Shown piece by piece: positions 10,956 to 21,698 of a stretch of DNA of 32,000 nucleotides (its first letter is position 1; the number at the start of each line of letters is the position of its first letter). The DNA is from an uncultured Oscillospiraceae bacterium (GTDB lineage Bacteria > Bacillota > Clostridia > Oscillospirales > Oscillospiraceae), in the NCBI GenBank assembly GCA_947628185.1, contig CANQYW010000001.1, positions 182,489 to 214,488 on the forward strand, given 5' to 3'. The notes under the pieces were generated by a model that had not been told where the DNA came from, did no database searches, and saw nothing but the letters and a program-made list of their open reading frames with translations. Both the position numbers and the translations under genes were made by a program.

Positions 10956-12974
10956 ATGGTGAACAGAAAATTAAAAAGCCTGCTGAGCTCAAACGTATAC
11001 CTCTACTTCTTCTTCCTCATACTCTTCGCCGTGGCGACGTTCTTCTTCGGCAGCCACAGTTTCGAGCTCTCCCTGGCGGAGGGGACGGTCATAGTCATCC
11101 TCCTCATCTACTCAAGACTCAACAGTTCCCGCCGCAACAGGGAGGTCCTTAAATACATCGAGTCCATGACGGAGAACATCGACACCGCCACGAAAAACAC
11201 CCTCGAGAATTTCCCCCTCCCCATGGTGACCTTCACCTTGGACGAGAACGAGATAATCTACGCAAACGAACCCTTCCTCAGCCTCACCGGCCTCTCCGAG
11301 CGCTTTCTCGCCATGAACATAGCCTCCATAATCCCCGGTTTCTCCGCCCGGTGGCTCATGGAGGGCAAGATGGAGTACCCGGGTCTCGTGACCATCGGCT
11401 CCGGCAGGTACCGGGTCTTCGGGAACCTCGTCCGGGGCTCCGACACGCCGGGCGTCAAGAGTTTCGTGGCCACCACCTACTGGGTGGACGAGACGGAGAA
11501 TTCCAGGATATCTCAGGAGTTCATCGACTCCCGCCTCCTATTCTCCATCATAATGCTCGATAACTACGACGAGATAGTGAACGGCATATCGGAGAAGGAC
11601 AAGTCGATGCTCGTCTCCAACATCGACGACAAGATATCCGCCTGGGTCAAGGACAAGGGCGGGTACATCACCCGGTCCGACAGGGACAGGTACATCTTTC
11701 TCTTTGAGGAGAGGTACCTCCAGAGTTTCATAGATGACAAATTCTCCCTCTTGGACGCCGTCCGGGAGCTCATAACCCCCAAGGGCATGCGGCCCACGGT
11801 GAGCATTGGCCTGGGCAAGGACGGCAAGGACATCGGGGAGAACTACCAGTTCGCCTCCTTAGCTCTGGAGATGGCCCTCTCCCGTGGCGGCGACCAGGCG
11901 GTCATAAAGAACCGCTACAATTTTGAGTTCTTCGGCGGCAAGACCTCCCAGGCGGAGAAACGCACGAAGGTCAAATCCCGCGTCATGGCAAACTCCCTCT
12001 CCGAGCTCATGCGGGACGCCTCCCGGATATTCGTCATGGGCCACAGGTTCGCGGATCTCGACTCCGTGGGCAGCGCCATTGGCCTCTGCTGCGCGGCCAG
12101 GAGCCTCGGCAAAAAGGCGAAGATCGTCATAAACATGGAGACGCAGGTGTCCCAGCCGCTCATCGACAAGTTCCTGCCCCTCCCGGAGTACCAGGACGCC
12201 TTCATAGACCCCCAGGCGGCGCTATTGGCGGCGGATGGCTCCACGCTCCTAATAATAGTTGACACCAACAGGCCGGACCAGGTGGAGTCCCAGCCGCTCT
12301 TGCAATCCTGCAACAAGGTGGCCGTCATAGACCACCACCGGAGGGCCGCGGACTACATCCAGAACGTCGCCCTCTCCTTCCACGAGCCCTACGCCTCCTC
12401 CGCCTCGGAGCTGGTGACAGAGCTACTTCAGTACATGGTGGAGCAGTCCGACATACTGCGCCTGGAGGCGGAGGCGCTGCTTGCCGGGATAGTGCTGGAT
12501 ACCAAGAACTTCACCCTCCGCACGGGGGGCCGGACATTCGACGCGGCGGCATTCCTGCGGCGCGCCGGCGCGGACACCTCGGACGTCAAGCACCTTTTGC
12601 AGTCCGACCTTAAATCCGCCATGGAGAAGTACTCCATGGTCCAGAAAGCCAGGATCTACAAAAGCGGCATAGCCATCGCGGCGCCAGACTCCGCCGACAA
12701 CCGGGTGGTGGCCGCCCAGGCGGCGGATGAACTATTAAATATCTCCGGCATCCAGGCCTCCTTCGTGGTATTCCCCTTCGAGGAGAAGATAAACATATCC
12801 GCCCGGAGTCTGGGGGATATAAACGTCCAGGTCATACTGGAGAAACTTGGCGGGGGCGGCAACAAGTCCACCGCCGGCGCCCAGATAGGCGGCAAGACCC
12901 AGCGTGAGGTGGTCTCGGACCTCCTCTCCGCCATTGATAAGTACCTGGAGGACTACTCCATGTCGGAGGAGTGA
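10956..12974 (+). CDS. gdpP: Cyclic-di-AMP phosphodiesterase GdpP (DHH/DHHA1 family)
   Basis: Two N-terminal TM helices, a PAS-like and a degenerate GGDEF region, DHH motifs (DLDSVGSA, VIDHHRR) and a DHHA1 GGGG..AG motif. It sits in the conserved gdpP-rplI-dnaB context. Confidence 0.9.
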   Translation: MVNRKLKSLLSSNVYLYFFFLILFAVATFFFGSHSFELSLAEGTVIVILLIYSRLNSSRRNREVLKYIESMTENIDTATKNTLENFPLPMVTFTLDENEIIYANEPFLSLTGLSERFLAMNIASIIPGFSARWLMEGKMEYPGLVTIGSGRYRVFGNLVRGSDTPGVKSFVATTYWVDETENSRISQEFIDSRLLFSIIMLDNYDEIVNGISEKDKSMLVSNIDDKISAWVKDKGGYITRSDRDRYIFLFEERYLQSFIDDKFSLLDAVRELITPKGMRPTVSIGLGKDGKDIGENYQFASLALEMALSRGGDQAVIKNRYNFEFFGGKTSQAEKRTKVKSRVMANSLSELMRDASRIFVMGHRFADLDSVGSAIGLCCAARSLGKKAKIVINMETQVSQPLIDKFLPLPEYQDAFIDPQAALLAADGSTLLIIVDTNRPDQVESQPLLQSCNKVAVIDHHRRAADYIQNVALSFHEPYASSASELVTELLQYMVEQSDILRLEAEALLAGIVLDTKNFTLRTGGRTFDAAAFLRRAGADTSDVKHLLQSDLKSAMEKYSMVQKARIYKSGIAIAAPDSADNRVVAAQAADELLNISGIQASFVVFPFEEKINISARSLGDINVQVILEKLGGGGNKSTAGAQIGGKTQREVVSDLLSAIDKYLEDYSMSEE

Positions 12975-13022
12975 CGCTCCCCTTCCCTATAAAATTGGCA
13001 ATAACATAGAAAGGAACACACA

Positions 13023-13472
13023 ATGAAAGTCATACTACTGAAAGACGTGCGCGATCAGGGCAAAAAGGGCCAGTTGGTGGAGGTCTCCGACGGCTACGCC
13101 AGGAACTATCTCCTCCCCCGCAAGCTGGCGGTGGCCGCCACAGCCGACACCATAAACACCATGAAGAACCAGGAGAAGGCCCGCCTCAACAAGATAGAGG
13201 CCGAGAAGGCCGAGGCCCGGGAGACAGCCGCGAAGTTGGAGAGCTGCCTCGTGAAGGTCTCCGCCCGTGCCGGTGAGAGCGGAAAGCTCTTCGGCTCCGT
13301 CACGCCCCGGGAGATCTCCGAGGCCCTGGAGGCCCAGTACGGCATAAGCATCGAGAAGAACAGGATCGTCATCTCCGAGCCCATCCGCTCCTTCGGGCCG
13401 GTGGACGTGAAGTGCAAGCTGGGCTACGAGATAAGCGCCGTCCTCCACGTCCTCATAACCGAGGGCAAGTGA
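13023..13472 (+). CDS. rplI: 50S ribosomal protein L9
   Basis: MKVILLKDV..GKKGQLVEVSDGYARNYLLPRKLA, 149 aa. Confidence 0.95.
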   Translation: MKVILLKDVRDQGKKGQLVEVSDGYARNYLLPRKLAVAATADTINTMKNQEKARLNKIEAEKAEARETAAKLESCLVKVSARAGESGKLFGSVTPREISEALEAQYGISIEKNRIVISEPIRSFGPVDVKCKLGYEISAVLHVLITEGK

Positions 13473-13487
13473 GGCGAGGGGGGGATA

Positions 13488-14831
13488 ATGCCCGACATCT
13501 TTACCGCCAAACAGGTACCCCACAGCGTGGAGGCCGAGCAGGCCGTCCTGGGGGCGATGCTCATCGACTCCCGCTGTGTGGCGGACGTCATTGGCGCGCT
13601 CAAGGCGGACGATTTTTACATCGACACAAATAGGAGCATATACGAGACCATATACTCCATGTTCAACTACTCCATGACCATAGACCCCGTCACCGTAATC
13701 GAGCAGATGAAGGTGAACGGGTCCTATACCGAGGGCGCGAATGACTACATCCTCAAGCTCATGGAGATGACCCCCACCGCCGCGAACGTGGCCCAGTACG
13801 TGGCGATAGTCCAGGACAAGGCCCTATTGCGCCGCATAGCCGACGCCGGAAACGAGATAAACGCCCTCGCGATGGCGGGCACCGGCCAGGCGGACGAGAT
13901 CCTGGACGTCTCAGAGCAGAAGATCTACGCCATACGCCACGGCCGGCTCACCGGCGGCCTCACGCCCATCTCCCAGGTGATGGTGGACGTCTACAACAAG
14001 CTCACCGAGGCCGCGAAGTCCGGGAACCGCATACCGGGCCACTCCACCGGGCTCTACGACCTTGACAACGCCATAATGGGGCTAAACGACTCCGACCTCA
14101 TCCTGATAGCCGCCCGTCCGGGCATGGGAAAGACGAGTATAGCCCTCAATATCGCCCTCAACGTGGCCCGCTCCACCGAGAAGGCCGTGGCCATATTCTC
14201 GCTGGAGATGAGCCGCGAACAGCTCTGCACCAGCCTTCTCTCCGCGGAGAGTTTCGTGGAGCGTAAGAAACTCCAGACGGGAGTGCTCTCTGATGAGGAT
14301 TGGAAGAAGGTGGGGGCGGCGGCTGTATCCGTTGGCGGTATGCGAATAATGATAGACGACAACCCCATGCTCTCCGTGGCGGACATTAACGCCGCCTGCA
14401 GGAGGGTAAAGGACCTGGGACTCGTGGTGGTGGACTACTTGCAGCTCATGCAGTCCGCCGGGGGCAACGCCCCGAAGTACAACGAGAACAGGACACAGAT
14501 AGTCTCGGACATCAGCCGTATGCTGAAGATCATGGCAAAGGAGCTGAACGTCCCCGTGATTTGCGCCTCCCAGCTCTCCCGCGCCAACGAGAGCCGCAGC
14601 GACAAGCGGCCCATGCTCTCGGATCTGCGGGAGTCCGGCGCCATCGAGCAGGACGCTGACATCGTCCTGGCGCTCTACAGGGACGACTACTACAACAAGG
14701 AGACAGAGCGGCCGAACATCGCCGAGTGCATAATCCTCAAAAATAGGCGCGGCGAGACCGGTACTGTGGAGCTCCGCTGGCTCCCGGAGTACACCTCCTT
14801 CGCCTCCATCGACCGCCGTCACGACGAATGA
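13488..14831 (+). CDS. dnaB: Replicative DNA helicase
   Basis: N-terminal PHSVEAEQAVLGAML, Walker A ARPGMGKTS and a RecA-like C-terminal domain; 447 aa, no intein. Confidence 0.95.
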   Translation: MPDIFTAKQVPHSVEAEQAVLGAMLIDSRCVADVIGALKADDFYIDTNRSIYETIYSMFNYSMTIDPVTVIEQMKVNGSYTEGANDYILKLMEMTPTAANVAQYVAIVQDKALLRRIADAGNEINALAMAGTGQADEILDVSEQKIYAIRHGRLTGGLTPISQVMVDVYNKLTEAAKSGNRIPGHSTGLYDLDNAIMGLNDSDLILIAARPGMGKTSIALNIALNVARSTEKAVAIFSLEMSREQLCTSLLSAESFVERKKLQTGVLSDEDWKKVGAAAVSVGGMRIMIDDNPMLSVADINAACRRVKDLGLVVVDYLQLMQSAGGNAPKYNENRTQIVSDISRMLKIMAKELNVPVICASQLSRANESRSDKRPMLSDLRESGAIEQDADIVLALYRDDYYNKETERPNIAECIILKNRRGETGTVELRWLPEYTSFASIDRRHDE

Positions 14832-16177
14832 TATCCAAAAAGCTGAAAATTATAGCAGATTTCTGTCAAGAATATGATATGCTGCCCCGTGGCGCCTCCG
14901 TCATGGCGTGCGTCTCCGGCGGCGCGGACTCCATGTGCCTTCTCCATGTGCTCACCCTTCTGGCGCCGGAGCTGGGGCTCTCGGTATCCGCGGCCCATTT
15001 CAACCACAATCTGCGGGGCGCGGAGTCCGACGGGGACGAGCGTTTCGTCCGGGACTACTGCGCGGGGCGCGGCATACCGCTCTACGTGGGCTCCGGGGAC
15101 GTGAGGACGGCGGCCCGGGACTCCCGCCGCGGGCTCGAGGAGACGGCCAGGCGGCTGCGCTATGAGTTCTTTGAAAATACCGCCCGGGAACAGGGCATCG
15201 AGAAAATCGCCACCGCCCACACCGCCGACGACAATTTGGAGACAATCCTCCTCCACCTGACACGGGGCTCAGGGCTCGCGGGCCTCGGGGGCATACCGCC
15301 GGTGCGCGGCAATATCGTGCGGCCCATACTTCCCCTCACCCGCCGGGACGTGGAGGAGATAAACGCTATAGAGGGCGTCCCATCCCGAGTGGACTCCTCG
15401 AACCTAACCGACGACTACGCCAGAAATAAACTGCGCCACAACGTGATACCCGTCCTCCGGGAGATAAACCCTCAGGCCGCGAGGGCCGCCCTTAACTCCT
15501 CCGCCCTCCTTCGGGAGGATGAGGAGTACCTCCTCTCCAAGGCCCGGGAATTCGTCTCCGCGAACGGTGGGGGGCGCGTCCCCGCGTCTGAGCTCGCCTC
15601 CCTCCCCCGGCCAATATCCTCAAGGGCCATCCGCCTCCTCTACGGCTCCGGGCTGAGCCGGGCACATGTGGAGGCCGTACTGGAGCTCGCGCATAGCCGG
15701 GATCCCTCGGCGCGCCTCTCCCTTCCGGGGCTCACCCTCCGTCGGGAGTACGGGGATATTTTGCGGGATGATGTGGTGCGCGGCGGTGCCTTTGAGCCCT
15801 TTAGCGTCCCTATTGACAGGGGTATTATAATGGAGAGGTCTGGCTTTAAATTTTTAAGTGAGAAAATAGTTGCAGGCAACGAGATTTACAATTCCTTAAC
15901 TACTTTTCTCTTAAAATGCGATAATATCATGGGTGGACTGACGGTACGCCCAAGGCAGACCGGCGATTTCATAAAACTCCCAGGCCGCCCCAGGAGGAGC
16001 CTTAAAAAGATCTTCATTGATTTGAAGGTCCCCTCGCGTCTCAGGGACATGTATCCCGTCATAGCGGACGGGGACGGGGTCCTGGCGGTCTACGGCATCG
16101 GTTGTGATACCCGCGCACAGGCTGGAGCTGGCGACAGTGCGCTTAAAATAACGATTAAGGAGAAATATAATGATTGA
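14828..16177 (+). CDS. tilS: tRNA(Ile)-lysidine synthase
   Basis: PP-loop SGGADS and a TilS C-terminal substrate-binding domain. ATGA overlap with the dnaB stop. Confidence 0.9.
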   Translation: MISKKLKIIADFCQEYDMLPRGASVMACVSGGADSMCLLHVLTLLAPELGLSVSAAHFNHNLRGAESDGDERFVRDYCAGRGIPLYVGSGDVRTAARDSRRGLEETARRLRYEFFENTAREQGIEKIATAHTADDNLETILLHLTRGSGLAGLGGIPPVRGNIVRPILPLTRRDVEEINAIEGVPSRVDSSNLTDDYARNKLRHNVIPVLREINPQAARAALNSSALLREDEEYLLSKAREFVSANGGGRVPASELASLPRPISSRAIRLLYGSGLSRAHVEAVLELAHSRDPSARLSLPGLTLRREYGDILRDDVVRGGAFEPFSVPIDRGIIMERSGFKFLSEKIVAGNEIYNSLTTFLLKCDNIMGGLTVRPRQTGDFIKLPGRPRRSLKKIFIDLKVPSRLRDMYPVIADGDGVLAVYGIGCDTRAQAGAGDSALKITIKEKYND

Positions 16178-16709
16178 GAATGACATCGAGAGGGTATTCT
16201 TCTCAGAGGAGGAACTCAAGGCCCGCGTAAAGGAGCTGGGCGCGAAGATAACCCAGGACTACGACGGAAAGTCCCCCATCTTCATAGGCGTCCTGAAGGG
16301 CTCCTTTGTGTTCATGGCGGACCTCATGAGGGCGGTTAGGACTTATTGCGACATCGACTTCATGGCCGTGTCCTCCTACGGCAGCGGCACAGTGACCACT
16401 GGGGCCGTCAAGATAAATAAGGACCTCTCCTACAACGTCGAGGGGCGGCACATCATCATCATTGAGGACATCCTCGACTCCGGCGTGACGCTCTCCTACC
16501 TCAAGAGATACATCGAGGCCCGCAAGCCGGCGTCCGTGGCGATATGCACCCTCCTTGACAAGCCCGCCCGCCGCAAGGCTGACATAAGCCCCGACTATGT
16601 GGGGTTTGAGTGCCCGGATGCCTTCATCGTGGGCTACGGCCTCGACTACGCCGAGCGCTACAGGAATCTCCCCTACATAGGCGTTTTAAAGCCTGAGATA
16701 TACGCTTGA
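16170..16709 (+). CDS. hpt: Hypoxanthine phosphoribosyltransferase
   Basis: PRPP-binding motif [14 protein letters not shown]; 179 aa, in the conserved tilS-hpt-ftsH context. Confidence 0.95.
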   Translation: MIENDIERVFFSEEELKARVKELGAKITQDYDGKSPIFIGVLKGSFVFMADLMRAVRTYCDIDFMAVSSYGSGTVTTGAVKINKDLSYNVEGRHIIIIEDILDSGVTLSYLKRYIEARKPASVAICTLLDKPARRKADISPDYVGFECPDAFIVGYGLDYAERYRNLPYIGVLKPEIYA

Positions 16710-16747
16710 ATGCGGAAATTTCCCATTGGAAAGAAGTGTGATGTCAT

Positions 16748-18751
16748 TTGAACAAGAAACCGATACGCCGCCCCGACATTGGGTTTTATATATTTATAAT
16801 CCTCATCCTTGTTGCCGCCATATACCTGCTCAGCAGTCCCGGTAACGACAGCGCCAGCGAGATAGAGTACTGGGAGATGGTGGAGCAGTTCAAGAGTGAG
16901 AACGTCTCATACTTCACCATCGACGACGGCGTCGTGCGCATGGAACTGCGCACCCCGATAGACGAGTACAGCGGTACCAGCGTCTATCACCAGCTCTACT
17001 CCCTCTCCGTGTTCTATGAGGACCTGGGTGACCTCATCAACGAGCAGCGCGACAGGGGCATACTCAAGTATAACTACGAGCCCGTGTACCAGACGCCCTG
17101 GTTCGTCACGATAATCCCCTACGTCATCATGATGGTGGTGTTCATCGCCCTGTGGTACGTCATGATGAACCGCGTGGGCGGCGGAGGAGGCGGCGGCAAC
17201 GGCGCCGGACGTTTCGGCAGGGCGAGAACGCGCCTGGCCTCCGAGGATAAGCGCAAGGTGACATTCGCGGACGTGGCCGGCGCCGACGAGGAGAAGGCGG
17301 AGCTGGAGGAGATAGTCGACTTCCTCAAGGCCCCCCAGAAGTACACCGCCCTCGGCGCCCGCATCCCCAAGGGCGTGCTCCTTGTGGGCCCCCCGGGCAC
17401 CGGTAAGACACTCCTTGCGAAGGCCGTGGCCGGTGAGGCCAACGTCCAGTTCCTCTCCATCTCCGGTTCCGACTTCGTGGAGCTATACGTGGGCGTCGGC
17501 GCCTCCCGCGTACGCGACCTCTTTGACCAGGCGAAGAAACTCGCCCCCGCCATCATATTCATCGACGAGATCGACGCCGTGGGCCGTCAGCGCGGCTCCG
17601 GCCTCGGCGGCGGCCACGACGAGCGCGAGCAGACCCTGAACCAGTTACTTGTGGAGATGGACGGTTTCAACACCAACGAGGGCGTCATCGTGATGGCCGC
17701 CACGAACCGCGCGGACATCCTGGACTCCGCCCTGCTGCGTCCCGGGCGCTTTGACCGTCAGGTCTTCGTGGGCGTCCCGGATATCCGCGGCCGCGAGGCC
17801 ATATTGAAGATCCACTCCCGGGGCAAGTCCCTGGGCGACGACGTGGACCTCGCCAGCATAGCCCGGGGCACACCCGGTTTCACAGGCGCGGACCTTGAGA
17901 ACGTGATGAATGAGTCCGCCCTCCTGGCCGCCAGGAACAACCGCCAGTTCATCACCATGGCGGACGTGGACGAGGCAATTTTGAAGGTCCAGATGGGCCC
18001 GGAGAAGAAGTCCAAAAAGATGAGCGAAAAGGCCCGCAAGCTCACCGCCTACCACGAGTCCGGCCACGCCGTCACCGGCATGTTCCTGGACCACGCCGAC
18101 CCCGTACACTATATAACCATCATCCCCCGCGGCCAAGCCGGCGGCTACACCCTCTTCAGGCCCCAGGAGGATCTGGAGAACTACAAGTCCCGTGAGGAGA
18201 TGTTTGACGACATCGTGATGGGCCTCGGCGGCAGGATATCCGAGAAACTCTTCCTGGACGACATCTCCACCGGCGCCTCCGGGGACATCCAGTCCGCCAC
18301 AAATATCGCCCGCTCCATGGTCACCCGCTACGGCATGAGCGACCGTCTGGGCCCCATAAGCTACGACAGCTCCGACCACTCCATATTCATAGGCAGGGAC
18401 TTCGGTACCACGAAGTCCTACTCCGAGGAGACCGCCGCCATCATCGACGAGGAGGTCAAGCACATCTTCGACGAGGCCGCCGTGAAGTGCGAGTCGATAC
18501 TGACCGAGCACCGCGAGCTCGTTGTGGCGGTGGCCGAGTACCTCCTGGAGAATGAGTCCATGGACGGCGAGACATTCAAATACGTCTGCACCCACAACGG
18601 CCAGCTCCCCCCCGAGGGGTGGGACCCGAAGGACCCGGACAAGGAGCCCGACAGCCCCATAATGAAGGAGATAAAGGCCGAGGCCCTTGAGGAGGCCCGC
18701 CGCAGGGAACTCGAGGAGCGCCGCCAGAATAACCCCTTCGATGATCAGTGA
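16748..18751 (+). CDS. ftsH: ATP-dependent zinc metalloprotease FtsH
   Basis: Two TM helices, Walker A GPPGTGKT, Walker B IIFIDEID and zinc motif HESGHA. TTG start. Confidence 0.95.
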   Translation: MNKKPIRRPDIGFYIFIILILVAAIYLLSSPGNDSASEIEYWEMVEQFKSENVSYFTIDDGVVRMELRTPIDEYSGTSVYHQLYSLSVFYEDLGDLINEQRDRGILKYNYEPVYQTPWFVTIIPYVIMMVVFIALWYVMMNRVGGGGGGGNGAGRFGRARTRLASEDKRKVTFADVAGADEEKAELEEIVDFLKAPQKYTALGARIPKGVLLVGPPGTGKTLLAKAVAGEANVQFLSISGSDFVELYVGVGASRVRDLFDQAKKLAPAIIFIDEIDAVGRQRGSGLGGGHDEREQTLNQLLVEMDGFNTNEGVIVMAATNRADILDSALLRPGRFDRQVFVGVPDIRGREAILKIHSRGKSLGDDVDLASIARGTPGFTGADLENVMNESALLAARNNRQFITMADVDEAILKVQMGPEKKSKKMSEKARKLTAYHESGHAVTGMFLDHADPVHYITIIPRGQAGGYTLFRPQEDLENYKSREEMFDDIVMGLGGRISEKLFLDDISTGASGDIQSATNIARSMVTRYGMSDRLGPISYDSSDHSIFIGRDFGTTKSYSEETAAIIDEEVKHIFDEAAVKCESILTEHRELVVAVAEYLLENESMDGETFKYVCTHNGQLPPEGWDPKDPDKEPDSPIMKEIKAEALEEARRRELEERRQNNPFDDQ

Positions 18752-18768
18752 TGATACTGCAAGTTAAG

Positions 18769-18802
18769 GCCCACGGAACGCCCTCTGTTCCGTGGGCTTT
18801 TT
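18769..18802 (+). terminator. Rho-independent terminator after ftsH
   Basis: 11-bp stem GCCCACGGAAC (18769-18779) / GTTCCGTGGGC (18787-18797), 7-nt loop, T5 tail. Confidence 0.8.
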
Positions 18803-18937
18803 GCAACTCAATGAAGGAGAAAATTCACTTCCTTCGTATAAAATAACAAAATATTCGACACGTCCCCCGATAATTCTTGACATATAATGGGGCCTGGTGT
18901 ATATTCCAATATGAGAAAATTCAAAAGGGGGATAAAT

Positions 18938-20272
18938 ATGAACCTCATCTATAACATCAAGGACAAGCCCAGTGCCGGTCAGATCCTGCTGTTTGCGGTC
19001 CAGCAGCTTCTGGCCATCATGGCGGCCACGATCGCAGTGCCGGCGGTGGTGAACAGCGGCACCGGCTCCGAGCTCACGGCCTCCGCCGCGATCTTCGGCG
19101 CGGGCGTGGGAACATTCGTGTACCTGATCTTCACCCGCAACTCAAGTCCCGTGTTCCTGGGTTCTTCCTTCGCGTTTATCGGCTCCATGATGAGCGCCTT
19201 CTCCGGCGCGGCCTCCATGGCCCTGGGCTACTGGGGACTCATCATAGGCGCCGTGATGGCCGGCCTCGTCTACGTCGTCCTGGCGCTGGTGGTACACTTC
19301 GCCGGCGTCAAGTGGATAGACAAGCTCATGCCCCCGGTGATCATCGGGCCCACGGTGGCCATCATCGGTCTGAGCCTCGCCGGTAACGCGGTGGGCGACC
19401 TCACCAGTTCCAGCGTCGCGGACAGCGGCTCCGTCTATGTGGCGCTTGTCTGCGGACTCGTGACGCTCTTCGTCACCATCATCGCCTCCACCTACGGCAA
19501 GAAGATGCTGAAACTCATCCCCTTCATCATCGGCATCCTGGCCGGTTACGCCACGGCCTCCGTCTTCGCGCTCATCGGCAACGCCACCGATAATCCCGCA
19601 CTCGTCGTGATAAATTATAGCGCCTTCAAGAACGTCGGTTTCTTCGCCGCCCCGGACTTCACCTTCCTCAAGGGCTCGGCTCTGGGCGACATCTCCGGCT
19701 CCTACCTCGTGACGCTCTTCTCCGCCTATGTGCCTGTGGCGTTCGTTGTCTTCGCTGAGCACCTGGCGGACCACAAGAACCTCTCCACCATCATCGGCAA
19801 GGACCTGCTGGAGGACCCCGGCCTCACAAGGACCCTCCTGGGCGACGGTGTGGGCTCCATGGCCGGCGCGCTCTTCGGAGGCTGCCCCAACACCACCTAC
19901 GGAGAGTCCATCGCATGCGTCGCCATAACCCGAAACGCCTCCGTGGTCAGTATCTGGGGCGCGGCGTGCCTGTGCATCGTCGTCTCCTTCATCAGCCCCC
20001 TCATGGCATTTCTCCAGACTATCCCCTCCTGCGTCATGGGCGGCGTCTGCGTGGCCCTCTACGGGTTCATCGCCATGTCCGGTTTCAAGATGCTCCAGGG
20101 CGTGGACCTCAATAAAAATAGGAACCTCTTTGTTGCCTCCATCATCTTCATCACCGGCGTGGGCGGCCTCTCCGTGAGTTTCGGCCCCGTGGAGATCCGT
20201 ACTGTCGCCTGCTCCCTCATCCTCGGCATCCTCGCTAACGTCCTCCTCAGCCGCGAGAAGGACGAGGAATAA
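18938..20272 (+). CDS. NCS2 family nucleobase (uracil/xanthine-type) permease
   Basis: About 444 aa and multi-TM, with an NCS2-like N-terminus (LLFAVQQLLAIMAATIAVPAVV). Start set at ATG 18938 after GGGGGA. Substrate not determinable by eye. Confidence 0.8.
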   Translation: MNLIYNIKDKPSAGQILLFAVQQLLAIMAATIAVPAVVNSGTGSELTASAAIFGAGVGTFVYLIFTRNSSPVFLGSSFAFIGSMMSAFSGAASMALGYWGLIIGAVMAGLVYVVLALVVHFAGVKWIDKLMPPVIIGPTVAIIGLSLAGNAVGDLTSSSVADSGSVYVALVCGLVTLFVTIIASTYGKKMLKLIPFIIGILAGYATASVFALIGNATDNPALVVINYSAFKNVGFFAAPDFTFLKGSALGDISGSYLVTLFSAYVPVAFVVFAEHLADHKNLSTIIGKDLLEDPGLTRTLLGDGVGSMAGALFGGCPNTTYGESIACVAITRNASVVSIWGAACLCIVVSFISPLMAFLQTIPSCVMGGVCVALYGFIAMSGFKMLQGVDLNKNRNLFVASIIFITGVGGLSVSFGPVEIRTVACSLILGILANVLLSREKDEE

Positions 20273-20293
20273 ACGAATAAATAGTCCGTAAAA

Positions 20294-20343
20294 AGGGGCT
20301 GTGAAAAAACACGCCGGCTGAGACGTGGATTTTCGCAGCCCCT
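20294..20343 (+). terminator. Long imperfect hairpin after the permease gene (possible terminator without a U-tail)
   Basis: AGGGGCTGTGAAAA (20294-20307) pairs with TTTTCGCAGCCCCT (20330-20343), with one G-U pair. The loop has an inner CACG/CGTG pairing. No clean T run follows. Confidence 0.35.
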
Positions 20344-20447
20344 ATCTATATTTCATATATGTAGTTATTCCGCCTCGCACTGTGCTGGGGAGACGCATTT
20401 CGTCAAAATAGCAACGAACTGTTTCATCGAAAATTCGCTCGATTTGC

Positions 20448-20476
20448 TTGCTATTTCTGTGAATATCGATTAAAAT
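20448..20476 (+). promoter_or_regulatory. Putative promoter of the toxin-antitoxin pair
   Basis: TTGCTA (20448-20453), 17-nt spacer, TAAAAT (20471-20476); RBS AAAGGAG lies before ATG 20501. Confidence 0.3.
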
Positions 20477-20500
20477 ATAACACAGAAAGGAGTCGATCCC

Positions 20501-20731
20501 ATGCAAGTTACCGCTACCGAATTCAAGCTGAACCTTGGCAAGTACCTGGAGCTCGTTCTGGCGGAGGACATCTGGATCACCAAAAATGGAAAAACCGTAG
20601 CTAAGCTCATTAACCCGAACATCTCCGCCGTTGACGCCATTTCCGGCGTCCTAGCCGGGAAGGTGCCCGCTGACCTCGACCGTCACGCTCTACGTGAAGA
20701 AAGGCTGTCAAAGTATGCGCTTGATGATTGA
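20501..20731 (+). CDS. Type II antitoxin, Phd/YefM-like
   Basis: 76 aa. The N-terminus VTATEFKLNLGKYLELV...IWITKNGKTVAKLI is typical of Phd/YefM antitoxins. Its stop overlaps the start region of the PIN gene. Confidence 0.75.
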   Translation: MQVTATEFKLNLGKYLELVLAEDIWITKNGKTVAKLINPNISAVDAISGVLAGKVPADLDRHALREERLSKYALDD

Positions 20732-21134
20732 CACGAACATCATCCTGGATGTCCTTATCCGCAGGGAGAATTTCTACGGCAACTCCAAAGCCGTCCTGTC
20801 CCTCTGCGAAGACCGCACTATCCAGGGGCTCGTGCCCGCCTCCGCCGTCACGGATATCTTCTATATCACCCGAAAAGCTCTCGGAAACACAGAGGACACC
20901 TACAGGGTAATTAGTTCGATCCTGAACATCGTCCGTATCCTGACAGTCACCAACGATGACGTCCTGAACGCATTCCAGGTCAAGGCAAAGGATTTTGAAG
21001 ACTGTCTGATGGCGACCTGTGCCAAATCCAACAAGTGCGACGGCATCGTCACACGGAACAAGAAGGATTTCCTGACCTTTGGCGTCACCCTTTATTCACC
21101 TGAGGAACTGCTGCAGCTCTTCGAGGAAACGTAA
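20715..21134 (+). CDS. PIN-domain ribonuclease toxin (VapC-like)
   Basis: MRLMIDTNIILDVL... (first PIN acidic motif) and C-terminal DCLMATCAKSNKCDGIVTRNKKDF. Start at ATG 20715 (alternative 20724) overlaps the antitoxin 3' end. Confidence 0.8.
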   Translation: MRLMIDTNIILDVLIRRENFYGNSKAVLSLCEDRTIQGLVPASAVTDIFYITRKALGNTEDTYRVISSILNIVRILTVTNDDVLNAFQVKAKDFEDCLMATCAKSNKCDGIVTRNKKDFLTFGVTLYSPEELLQLFEET

Positions 21135-21181
21135 GCTGTGCCCACTTTTGCGGCAGCCATACTAACACAAACCAATAATAC

Positions 21182-21213
21182 GAGCCGGGAAGTCAAATCC
21201 CGGCTCATTCTTT
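21182..21213 (+). terminator. Rho-independent terminator after the TA pair
   Basis: 9-bp stem GAGCCGGGA (21182-21190) / TCCCGGCTC (21198-21206), 7-nt loop, ATTCTTT tail. Confidence 0.7.
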
Positions 21214-21255
21214 AGTACACGACTGTAGTTTCTATAAAAAACCTTAATCAAATAC

Positions 21256-21283
21256 TTGACAATACTTTTAGCTGTATTATAAT
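21256..21283 (+). promoter_or_regulatory. Consensus sigma-A type promoter
   Basis: Exact TTGACA (21256-21261), 16-nt spacer, exact TATAAT (21278-21283), about 44 nt upstream of ATG 21327. Confidence 0.6.
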
Positions 21284-21326
21284 AACATTAATTACAATAA
21301 ATTATAAAATTTTGGAGGTGTCTACC

Positions 21327-21692
21327 ATGTTCCCAGAACATATCCCAGCGTTTGACTGTCTCGATATTCCCAGTGAGAGGCACAAGGGACGCAGATACAT
21401 AGACTATGCTGTGGCCCTGATACTCGAAGATCCGAATAAACTGCACAATGTCACAAAAGGCCTCTATGCGGAGATTGCAGAGCACTTTGGGACTACACCG
21501 GGTCGTGTGGAGCATGGTATGCGCAATGTATGCCATGCGGTGTGGAATAATAGCTCCGAACTGCTGAAAGAATGGGCCGTCTATCCTCTGAATGAGAGAC
21601 CGTGTGTGACGCGACTCCTATCCATTCTTGTGTTTCATATTAAGCAGGATGACGCGGAATTTCAGGCTCTATTATGCCAGATTCGGAGGTAA
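21327..21692 (+). CDS. Stand-alone Spo0A C-terminal (Spo0A_C-like) DNA-binding domain protein, copy 1
   Basis: By eye, ...YIDYAVALILEDPNKLHNVTKGLYAEIAEHFGTTPGRVEHGMRNVCHAVW... aligns with the Bacillus Spo0A effector domain (...[50 protein letters not shown]...). No receiver domain. ATG 21327 follows GGAGG at 21314-21318. Confidence 0.7.
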   Translation: MFPEHIPAFDCLDIPSERHKGRRYIDYAVALILEDPNKLHNVTKGLYAEIAEHFGTTPGRVEHGMRNVCHAVWNNSSELLKEWAVYPLNERPCVTRLLSILVFHIKQDDAEFQALLCQIRR

Positions 21693-21698
21693 ATAACC

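Noticed and set aside
17176-17200. Poly-glycine coding run (GGGGGGNGAG) in FtsH as a repeat expansion.
   Set aside because: It is encoded by mixed GGC/GGA/GGN codons, not a simple repeat, and lies in the variable linker after TM2, where FtsH proteins commonly carry low-complexity sequence.
13478-18613. G7 at 13478-13484 and C7 at 18607-18613 as further phase-variation tracts.
   Set aside because: They are shorter than typical contingency tracts. One is the RBS region of dnaB and the other encodes Pro-Pro in essential ftsH. Both genes are intact.
18877-18888. TTGACATATAAT upstream of the permease gene, at first sight a perfect promoter.
   Set aside because: The -35 and -10 hexamers abut with no spacer, so they cannot act together. 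The TATAAT might still serve with another -35, but the only candidate (TCGACA at 18855-18860) is 22 nt away.
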